This document shows positions 7,817-14,670 of a stretch of 16,440 bases of DNA, one piece after another. This DNA is from a bacterium. GTDB taxonomy: Bacteria; Zhuqueibacterota; Zhuqueibacteria; Oceanimicrobiales; Oceanimicrobiaceae. Below the pieces are notes generated by a model. It worked only from the letters and a program-made list of their open reading frames with translations. It ran no database searches and was not told where the DNA came from. The DNA lies in NCBI GenBank assembly GCA_046757165.1, contig JBHHXT010000103.1, positions 1-16,440 of the forward strand. Reading direction: 5' to 3'. Every line of letters begins with the position of its first letter. The first letter of the stretch is position 1. A program made the position numbers and the translations under genes.

Positions 7817-8770
7817 ATGTTTGAAAAAATCAAAGCCGCGCGGGAGCGTTTGCGCGGCCAGGCTCATGTGACTCCTGTGATGACTTCCCGCACCCTGAAC
7901 GACCGGGTCGGGGCAGAGATTTTTCTGAAATGCGAGAATTTTCAGCGCGTCGGGGCGTTCAAATTTCGCGGCGCCTACAACGCGATTTCACAGTTGACCC
8001 GGACGCAGAAGGCCGCTGGCGTGTTGACCTACTCCTCCGGCAATCATGCCCAGGCGGTGGCGCTGTCCGGCAGGCTGCTCGGCGTCAAGACGACCATCGT
8101 GATGCCGAACGATGCCTCGGCGATCAAACGTGCGGCCACCGAGGCTTATGGGGCGACCATCATCGAATACGATCCGCTGCAGGCCACGCGTGAGGACCTG
8201 GCGCAAGTGGTCAACCGGGAGCGGGCCTTGACGCTCATTCCGCCGTATGACCACGAGGCGGTCATTGCAGGGCAGGGCACCGCAGCCCTGGAGCTGTTCG
8301 AACAAGTCGACGGCCTGGACATGGTGCTGGCGCCGTGTGGCGGCGGTGGGCTGCTCAGCGGAACGGCGGTCGCAGCGAAGTACCTGCGTCCGGGCTGCAA
8401 GGTCATCGGTATCGAGCCGGAGCTGGCGGACGATGCCACCCGCTCCTTCCACAGCAAAACCCTGCACACGGTCCACAACCCGCCCACCATCGCCGACGGA
8501 ACGCGTACGCCCTACCTGGGGCAGCTCACCTTTCCCCTTGTGCTGCAATACGTGGACGACATGAAAACCGTCTCGGAGGCGGCCATCGTGGAGGCGGTGC
8601 GTTTCCTTTTCACCCGTTTGAAGCTGGTCGTCGAGCCTTCTGGCGCACTGGGCATTGCTGCGCTGCTCAGCGGTGCGGTTGCGCCAGGCAAGCGCACCGG
8701 GGTCATCATCAGCGGCGGGAACATCGACGGTGAGACGATGGCCATGATCTTAAAAACGGCGCAACCCTAG
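7817..8770 (+). CDS. PLP-dependent fold-type II Ser/Thr dehydratase-family enzyme (threo-3-hydroxy-L-aspartate ammonia-lyase / serine racemase-like)
   Basis: LKCENFQRVGAFKFRGA (PLP lysine), YSSGNHAQA, GQGT, CGGGGLLSG, TIADG, VEPSGA and SGGN. At 317 aa it has no C-terminal ACT regulatory domain, so it is not biosynthetic IlvA. Confidence 0.9.
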   Translation: MFEKIKAARERLRGQAHVTPVMTSRTLNDRVGAEIFLKCENFQRVGAFKFRGAYNAISQLTRTQKAAGVLTYSSGNHAQAVALSGRLLGVKTTIVMPNDASAIKRAATEAYGATIIEYDPLQATREDLAQVVNRERALTLIPPYDHEAVIAGQGTAALELFEQVDGLDMVLAPCGGGGLLSGTAVAAKYLRPGCKVIGIEPELADDATRSFHSKTLHTVHNPPTIADGTRTPYLGQLTFPLVLQYVDDMKTVSEAAIVEAVRFLFTRLKLVVEPSGALGIAALLSGAVAPGKRTGVIISGGNIDGETMAMILKTAQP

Positions 8771-8824
8771 TCCTCGTTCAAATACGAACCCCTCGATGGG
8801 TTGTCCAAAGAGGTTGCGAGATAT

Positions 8825-8966
8825 GTAACGGGGCTGTCCAAAAAGTCGAAAACGAGCGATGATTTGTCATTCCTGCGAAAGCAGGAATCCATAAAAATCA
8901 ATAGGTTATAGATTCCCGCTTTCGCGGGATGACACGAAGAGCGGGCTTTTGGGACAGCCCCGCTAC
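8825..8966. mobile_element. Nested REPIN/MITE-like element
   Basis: Outer imperfect inverted repeats GTAACGGGGCTGTCCAAAAAGTC and GGCTTTTGGGACAGCCCCGCTAC enclose two inverted REP hairpins, TGTCATTCCTGCGAAAGCAGGAATC (8865-8889) and GATTCCCGCTTTCGCGGGATGACA (8911-8934). No transposase in the window. Confidence 0.75.
8896..8908 (+). promoter_or_regulatory. IHF consensus site at the centre of the REP doublet
   Basis: AATCAA-TAGG-TTA is an exact match to WATCAANNNNTTR. Confidence 0.55.
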
Positions 8967-8986
8967 TAGCTAGAGCCTCAACGAGT

Positions 8987-9008
8987 CACAACATGAATGT
9001 TGTGTTAC
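8987..9008. repeat. Palindrome ending in GTTAC (REP-like)
   Basis: CACAACAT-GA-ATGTTGTG is a perfect 8-bp inverted repeat followed by TTAC, the same architecture as the 9075/14307 repeat. Confidence 0.55.
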
Positions 9009-9074
9009 ACGACTTTGCCGGCTTCTGAGACATCCCCTTCCCCACCTGAACCTGACCACGAATTGGCCGCGATT

Positions 9075-9101
9075 TCGCTAGCAAGATGCTTGCGTTACTT
9101 T
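9075..9101. repeat. 27-bp palindromic repeat, left copy
   Basis: TCGCTAGCAAGATGCTTGCGTTACTTT is 26/27 identical to 14307-14333, in the same orientation. Confidence 0.9.
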
Positions 9102-9420
9102 CACTCCGAGCCTTGATAAGCTGTCAAGCCCCCTCGAGTGTCATTTATGATGCTTTCCCACCTGAGCCTGGCGCACCCACACCGGACCTTGCGCCCGGGA
9201 TGGCAACTGCTCGACTCCGCTCTCCGGCACTCGGAAAATCATCCCCGCTGATGAGAAAATCCCGCCGTCATGTAACGTTTCGTTACGTCTCGTTTTTTTG
9301 CATGTGTAGCGTTTTGTGAGTCGTTGGCTTTGGCAAAGCATCGCCGGCGAAATGTGGTTATGTTGATAAGTGTTGTTAAAACAAGTTAATAGATCTGGTT
9401 CGATAGCTGCCTTTACTTTG

Positions 9421-9435
9421 TGGCACACCTTTTGT
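9421..9435 (+). promoter_or_regulatory. Candidate sigma54 (-24/-12) promoter for the four-gene operon
   Basis: TGGCAC-ACCTT-TTGT has a perfect -24 box and correct spacing, but GT instead of the consensus GC at -12. Confidence 0.4.
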
Positions 9436-9508
9436 GATACAGGCAGACCAAATTCATGATAATGAAGATGACTGGAAGCTCAAAAGTGGATGAGGATGCG
9501 TTCCGAAC

Positions 9509-10408
9509 ATGATAAGCAAACTGACAGACAACACAAGCATGGGTGCCCCCAATGGGAAGACACATCGCGTCAAAGCAGAGATGATAGTTCTCGGCGTCGT
9601 GCTTCTTGGGTTTCCCCTTCTCCTGATGGCGCTGAAACTATTTCCATGGCAAGGAGCCTCGGCGATGGCCGGGATGTTTTCTTTGAGCAGGTTGCCTCTA
9701 CCGATTCTTCCTCACGTTCAGCGACTGATGTTGATGTCGCTGGGTGCGGTCATCGTGGTCATATTCCGGCTGACCCTTGGCATTCGAGTTCTGGGCCCGG
9801 TACGCCCCATTCTGATCGCGTTAGCCTACCAACTAACGGGCTTTGTGGTAGGCACGGTTTTTCTTGTATCCGTCATGATTATCATTGCGATGATACGCCC
9901 GCTGCTCAGGTCAGCCGGAATGCCTTATTTTGCGCGCATTGCCATTGTCTTGAGCCTGGTCGCACTTATGGTCCTGATCGTTTTGGAAATAGGTCTGGCC
10001 ATAGGCATGGATGAGTGTCTGCGGGTCGGCCTTCTGCCGGTGGTTGTTTTGACTTTTGCCGCCGAGGGGTTTGCCAAGACCCTTTACAAAGAAGGCCTCA
10101 AATCGGCAGTCTGGCGGGCGCTGATGACCATCATTGTCGCCGTTTTGATCTACGAGCTGACTAACTTTCCGGGAATGCATGAATTTGTCCTACGTTTTCC
10201 TGAGCTGCTGCTTATTCAAATCGGCTTGATCTATTTGGTTGGACGCTGCTGTAAATTCCACGCGCTGGAGTTTGTCAATCCAAAGCCAAAGCCCAGGAAA
10301 TCAAGAACCGGAAAAAGGACAAGGAGAAAGGTGAACCAGGAAAAGCACGTGCCCTTCTCCGATGGATCGTCTCTTTTGCTTGGTGCGAGTAACGCAAACT
10401 TATCTTGA
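9509..10408 (+). CDS. Multi-pass membrane protein of the 7TM_transglut family, without the usual inactive transglutaminase domain
   Basis: Segments RLTLGIRVLGPVRPILIALAY, GLLPVVVLTFAAEGF and FPELLLIQIGLIYLVGR resemble the family motifs as I recall them (R-x2-IG-x-x-TFGTFxPxLIALAF, LFPMVILTxxIER, FPELLL...GRY). About 8 hydrophobic segments and a basic C-terminal tail. Start uncertain (9509, 9539 or 9581). Confidence 0.78.
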   Translation: MISKLTDNTSMGAPNGKTHRVKAEMIVLGVVLLGFPLLLMALKLFPWQGASAMAGMFSLSRLPLPILPHVQRLMLMSLGAVIVVIFRLTLGIRVLGPVRPILIALAYQLTGFVVGTVFLVSVMIIIAMIRPLLRSAGMPYFARIAIVLSLVALMVLIVLEIGLAIGMDECLRVGLLPVVVLTFAAEGFAKTLYKEGLKSAVWRALMTIIVAVLIYELTNFPGMHEFVLRFPELLLIQIGLIYLVGRCCKFHALEFVNPKPKPRKSRTGKRTRRKVNQEKHVPFSDGSSLLLGASNANLS

Positions 10409-10440
10409 ACCCTAACTTACTTCAACAGGAGGACTTCGAA

Positions 10441-11508
10441 ATGAAGGTGGCGGTTGTTCGGAATCGGAAAAATGAAGGCATCATCAACAAGTTCGGTAGA
10501 AAGAGTCCCGAGACTTATGGCAAGAAATCAGTGGTGAGGGTGATGGATGCGTTAAACGCTGGCGGACACGAGATCAGCGTCATGGAAGGGGATATGTCCT
10601 TGTTCCAGAATCTGCAAGAATTCATCCCGCCTGACAGGACTGGTTGCCCGACGGGCCTGGTCTTCAATATGTCTTACGGCATTCAGGGGGACTGTCGTTA
10701 TACCCATGTGCCCGGGATGTTGGAGATGGCGGGGATTCCGTACATCGGCGCCAATCCTCTGGGCCATTCCCTGGCGCAAGACAAAGTGATCACCAAAATC
10801 CTGTTGCAGAGCGCGGGTATTCCAACTCCGAAAATGTGTGTCATGCAAACGCCGGACAGGGGGGCCGCACAAGGGCTGCGCTATCCGCTGGTGGTCAAGC
10901 CGCGCCATGAATCGAGTAGTTGCGGCCTGCATCTGGTTCACGAGTACGACCAATTAGTGACCGCTGTTCTTTCGGTGACGGCGCAATTCCAGCAGGAAGC
11001 GCTGGTGGAAGAATTCGTCCAGGGACGGGAATTTTGTGTGGGCGTTCTCGGCAACGAAGCGCTCGAGATTCTCCCCTTTGTCGAGCTGGACTTCAACGGC
11101 CGCGCCAATCCGCTGTTGACGCGGGATGACAAATTTCACAAAACAATCGACGAGCCCCGCAAGCTCTGCCCGGCACCGGTCGACTATGACCTCGAAAAAC
11201 GCGTCAAAGACATCGTCGAGCAGACCTTCCGGGTTTGCCACTGTAAGGACTTTGCCCGCGTGGACTTACGTGTCGATCCCTTTGGCAACCCTTATGTGCT
11301 GGAGATCAATTCCATGGCCTCACTCGGCCAGGGCGGGTCGTTTGTGCTGGGCGCCAGAGGCGCCGGATACTCCTTTGACAGCCTGATCAATCGTATTGTG
11401 GATATCGCCTGCAGCCGTTACGGGCTACGCACGGAACAGCCCATGCTGGGCATTCCCAAGGGCCAACCCCCCTGCAACATTCAACCTCGACATCACCTGG
11501 CAGCCTGA
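10441..11508 (+). CDS. ATP-grasp ligase, D-Ala-D-Ala ligase-like fold but non-canonical (probably not the cell-wall Ddl)
   Basis: LEMAGIPYIG, QDKVITK, YPLVVKPRHESSSCGL, LVEEFVQGREFCVG, ARVDLR and VLEINSMASL. Lacks Ddl GGxSxEHxVS and LHGxxGEDG. AGGAGG at 10427-10432 supports ATG 10441. Confidence 0.88.
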   Translation: MKVAVVRNRKNEGIINKFGRKSPETYGKKSVVRVMDALNAGGHEISVMEGDMSLFQNLQEFIPPDRTGCPTGLVFNMSYGIQGDCRYTHVPGMLEMAGIPYIGANPLGHSLAQDKVITKILLQSAGIPTPKMCVMQTPDRGAAQGLRYPLVVKPRHESSSCGLHLVHEYDQLVTAVLSVTAQFQQEALVEEFVQGREFCVGVLGNEALEILPFVELDFNGRANPLLTRDDKFHKTIDEPRKLCPAPVDYDLEKRVKDIVEQTFRVCHCKDFARVDLRVDPFGNPYVLEINSMASLGQGGSFVLGARGAGYSFDSLINRIVDIACSRYGLRTEQPMLGIPKGQPPCNIQPRHHLAA

Positions 11509-11511
11509 ACG

Positions 11512-12888
11512 ATGTCAGATTTGAACTTTAGATCGTTGGTTAGCGCCCTGGCCATCATGGCGATGTCGGGTCCGGCGAGCTCCGGCACGAAGGACTCTTT
11601 GGAAGTCAAGGGTCAAGAACGGCTTGAAAGACAAGGCCCCGTCCTTGTCTCCACCATCGAGCAGCGTCGGCCATCCTGGGGACAGAGATCAAAAGGATCG
11701 GCCCCCGCACCTGGATTATCCAAACGCAGATCAACCTTGATCAAGCTTGCCGGAAAGATCAAGTTGGTCAACAACACGCGTGTTGCGGACATTCCTGAAG
11801 AAGAAGTGTCCGGCCGCACCAGGCGCTATCTCAAATTGCAGACAACTGTTCGGGCACGCCTGTCCAAACATCTGCGCGGTTACGGTCGCATCGAGTTTTT
11901 CTGGCGCGACCGGTCCCGGGCGGACACGGGATCTTCTTCCTGGCACAAAGTCGATTTTGCCGTCCGGGACCTCTATTTCTCTCTGCGTGGGCTGGCCGGC
12001 GTGCACGGGCTGCGATTCCGGGTGGGCCGGCAACGATTCCGCGACCGGTTCACCTGGCTGATGGACAGCCGCCTGGACGCGCTGCAACTCAGATACAGGA
12101 GAAAAGGGCTGAGTTTGTCCTTTGCCGTGAGTAAGAAATTAGGCCAGGCTGTGACCAACCGCGATCAATTGCACGCCATCGGCAATGTCCACCTTCGCGT
12201 TGTTCCAGGCTTGCATGCCACTTTCTTTGCGATCAAGGAAATCGATCAACGTCAAGGGCGGGACAATCCGCTTTGGCTGGCCATCCAGACGCACGGCAAA
12301 TTCTCCAGGTTTGAATGGTGGGCACAAGCAGCAAGATATTCAAGCCAGCGCGGCGAAATTGCCTATCGAGGATACGGCGTGGACTCCGGTGTCATCATCC
12401 GACTGCTTTCGAAACGAAGCGGACCGTTTGTCTCCTACCACTTTGCTTACGGCTCTGCAGACGACAAGGAGACCGAAACCGTGCGAGAGCGGTTCAGACA
12501 GCCGCAGCTCCAGCTCAATTATTACCGCCACGGCGGACCGAAAAGAAGCTACTACTACGGCTCCCTGCTCACCCCTGAGCTGTCGAATCTAAGATTTCAA
12601 GCTTTCGGCCTGGGCTATGTTTTCTCGCAGCACTTCTCTATCCAGGGGACCTGGCGCAGCTATCGCCAGGTGAACGCTTCCGAAACGATTCGCAGCAACA
12701 GCCTCGGTCTCTCACCAGAGGGGCTCGATAGTGGCTTAGGAAATAGCGCCGAGGGGCTTTTGTCTTGGTTCCTGCGGAAGCGTTTACAGCTTTCTTTGGC
12801 AGGGGAGTGGTTTTTCCCGGGGCCTGCCTTTGCCTCCGGAACGACCCCGCTCTTCGGACTCCGCAGTGAGCTGCTTTTTTACTTTTGA
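11512..12888 (+). CDS. Alginate-export-family (AlgE-like) outer-membrane beta-barrel porin
   Basis: Signal peptide; amphipathic beta-strands; motifs VGRQRFRD-x3-WLMD-x2-DA, AYGS...FRQPQLQLN and YYYG-x4-PELSNL resembling AlgE; C-terminal LRSELLFYF beta-signal. Confidence 0.78.
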   Translation: MSDLNFRSLVSALAIMAMSGPASSGTKDSLEVKGQERLERQGPVLVSTIEQRRPSWGQRSKGSAPAPGLSKRRSTLIKLAGKIKLVNNTRVADIPEEEVSGRTRRYLKLQTTVRARLSKHLRGYGRIEFFWRDRSRADTGSSSWHKVDFAVRDLYFSLRGLAGVHGLRFRVGRQRFRDRFTWLMDSRLDALQLRYRRKGLSLSFAVSKKLGQAVTNRDQLHAIGNVHLRVVPGLHATFFAIKEIDQRQGRDNPLWLAIQTHGKFSRFEWWAQAARYSSQRGEIAYRGYGVDSGVIIRLLSKRSGPFVSYHFAYGSADDKETETVRERFRQPQLQLNYYRHGGPKRSYYYGSLLTPELSNLRFQAFGLGYVFSQHFSIQGTWRSYRQVNASETIRSNSLGLSPEGLDSGLGNSAEGLLSWFLRKRLQLSLAGEWFFPGPAFASGTTPLFGLRSELLFYF

Positions 12889-12904
12889 ACATGAGGAATA
12901 ACAA

Positions 12905-14278
12905 ATGCACATGCACCGGTATCACTCAGAACAGAACGCCAACCAGGACCATCATTATCGGTCCTATTCACTCCATAATTTTCAACAGCTTCCGCAGATC
13001 CAAAAGTTGAGTGCGCAGCAGCGGTTTGAAATGGAAGTTGTCGGTCGAGTTCTCCCTTTCAAGACAAACAACTATGTGGTTGACGAGCTCATCAATTGGG
13101 ATGCGGTGCCGCACGACCCGATTTTCAATCTGACCTTTCCTCAACGGGAGATGCTCCAGGCAGCGCATTTCGACCGCATGGCGCGGGCACTTAAAGAAGG
13201 CAAAAGCAAAACCGCCATCAATTCTCTGGCCAATGAAATTCGCCTGCAGCTCAATCCGCATCCGGCCGGGCAAACGGAACACAACGTACCCCGCCTCAAT
13301 GGCAGGAAACTCGTCGGCCTCCAGCATAAATACAAAGAAACGGTGCTGTTTTTCCCGAGCCAGGGGCAGACCTGCCACGCCTATTGCTCATATTGCTTTC
13401 GATGGCCGCAATTCGTCGGGTTGGATGCGCTGAAATTCGCCCGTCGAGAAACCCAATCCTTGCGCTCTTATCTGAGACAGCACCCGGAAGTCACTGACGT
13501 GCTGTTGACCGGCGGCGACCCGATGATCATGAACGCTCGCTTGCTTCGGACCTATCTCGTGCCCCTTCTGGAGGATACCACTCTGGCCAGCCTGCGCAGC
13601 ATCAGAATCGGCACCAAGTCCCTGTCCTTTTGGCCGTACAAGTTTATCGATGACCCGCAGGCCGATGAAATACTCTTCTTGTTTCGCAAAATCGTAGACT
13701 CCGGCAAACATCTGGCGATCATGGCGCATTTCTCTCATCCGCGGGAGATGTCAACGGATGCGGTTCGACGGGCGATACGAAGCATTCGGGCGACGGGAGC
13801 GGAGATCAGAACGCAAGCCCCGATCCTGCGGCACATCAATGACAACGCTGAGGATTGGGCGGAGATGTGGCAGCAGCAGGTGCAGCTGGGCTGCGTCCCT
13901 TACTACATGTTCGTCGTTCGGGATACCGGCGCACAACATTATTTCGGCGTGCCTCTGGTTGAAGCCTGGCAAATATTTCGAGAGGCATTCCAAAGCGTGA
14001 GTGGGCTGGCCAGGACGGTGCGCGGCCCCAGCATGTCGACGACGCAGGGCAAGATCCAGGTCGTCGGGGTCAATGAAATCAACGGTGAAAAGGTCATTGT
14101 GCTCAACATGTTGCAGGCGCGTGACCCCGCTCTGGTCAATCAACCCTATTTTGCCAGATATGATGAAAAAGCCATCTGGATCGATGATCTGGAGATTATC
14201 TCGGACGTTCGCCCGCGAGCAAAATCAGCACAAAAGAATGGCCAGGCGATCAATTATGAGGGTCGGCTCGCCGCCTGA
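12905..14278 (+). CDS. KamA-family radical SAM/PLP amino-acid 2,3-aminomutase (lysine 2,3-aminomutase-like)
   Basis: GLQHKYKETVL, CxxxCxxC cluster motif (CHAYCSYCFR), DVLLTGGDP, IRIGTK, HFSHPRE, IND, PYYMF and a GK (STTQGKIQV) where the PLP lysine is expected; GAGGA RBS. Substrate not determinable by eye. Confidence 0.92.
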   Translation: MHMHRYHSEQNANQDHHYRSYSLHNFQQLPQIQKLSAQQRFEMEVVGRVLPFKTNNYVVDELINWDAVPHDPIFNLTFPQREMLQAAHFDRMARALKEGKSKTAINSLANEIRLQLNPHPAGQTEHNVPRLNGRKLVGLQHKYKETVLFFPSQGQTCHAYCSYCFRWPQFVGLDALKFARRETQSLRSYLRQHPEVTDVLLTGGDPMIMNARLLRTYLVPLLEDTTLASLRSIRIGTKSLSFWPYKFIDDPQADEILFLFRKIVDSGKHLAIMAHFSHPREMSTDAVRRAIRSIRATGAEIRTQAPILRHINDNAEDWAEMWQQQVQLGCVPYYMFVVRDTGAQHYFGVPLVEAWQIFREAFQSVSGLARTVRGPSMSTTQGKIQVVGVNEINGEKVIVLNMLQARDPALVNQPYFARYDEKAIWIDDLEIISDVRPRAKSAQKNGQAINYEGRLAA

Positions 14279-14306
14279 GCTTGTTTCAATGCGGGTGGAA
14301 AAGCGG

Positions 14307-14333
14307 TCGCAAGCAAGATGCTTGCGTTACTTT
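14307..14333. repeat. 27-bp palindromic repeat, right copy (may double as a terminator)
   Basis: TCGCAAGCAAGATGCTTGCGTTACTTT contains the perfect stem CGCAAGCA / TGCTTGCG followed by TTACTTTTT, 28 nt after the aminomutase stop. Confidence 0.9.
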
Positions 14334-14345
14334 TTGTCGTGAATG

Positions 14346-14370
14346 GTTCCAACGCTCGGAGTTTGGGAAC
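14346..14370. repeat. Degenerate REP-like hairpin
   Basis: GTTCCAACGCTCGGAGTTTGGGAAC, an imperfect GTTCC...GGAAC palindrome in the convergent intergenic region. Confidence 0.4.
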
Positions 14371-14670
14371 GAGGGGACCCGTACCAGGTGCTGCTGGAGC
14401 TCGAGGCCCTGGACGAGCAAGAACTCGAACGCGCGATGCGTTGTGGAGCAAATGCTGAAACATCGAATTGAACTGTCAGGTTGTTTTCGGATCGTGAAAA
14501 AATATACGCGAGATTCACTGTCGTTGAAGCGTATGCCGGAGTTTTCCTGGGCCAAGGTGGGCGTTTTTTCAATCAGAAAAACTCAGTGATGTGTTGGACG
14601 TTCAGACCGTGTCGATGTTCGTGTACCGCGAACACCGCCCGCTCTTGCAAGTGGTTTCATTCGGTTCAAA

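Noticed and set aside
2015..8770. DDAH and the dehydratase/racemase-like gene as members of the beta-amino-acid operon
   Set aside because: They are separated by unrelated genes or about 740 bp of repeat-rich DNA and lie outside the 27-bp repeats; no evidence of co-transcription.
9041..9170. 14-bp direct repeat CCCACCTGA(A/G)CCTG at 9041-9054 and 9157-9170, with glycine-riboswitch-like words (GGAGAG, CTCAGGT) on the - strand
   Set aside because: The core CCGAAG motif and stems are absent and no downstream - strand gene exists; two short copies are too little to interpret.
10388..10407. AGTAACGCAA match to the reverse complement of the 27-bp repeat
   Set aside because: Only 10 contiguous bases match, within coding sequence and without the hairpin; compatible with chance.
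10441..11508. Calling the ligase ddl or a van resistance ligase
   Set aside because: D-Ala-binding motifs are missing and there is no mur/fts or vanH/vanX context.
11512..12888. Alginate biosynthesis locus
   Set aside because: No algD, alg8, alg44, algK or any glycosyltransferase is in the window.
12905..14278. Calling the aminomutase epmB, ablA or lysine-fermentation kamA
   Set aside because: No efp/epmA, ablB acetyltransferase or kamDE genes are adjacent, and the protein is longer than typical EpmB; no gene symbol assigned.
14281..14670. Short ORFs in the convergent intergenic region, including possible TGA readthrough on the - strand at 14583-14585
   Set aside because: No recognisable motifs, convincing RBS or SECIS-like support; the ORFs run through REP-like repeats.
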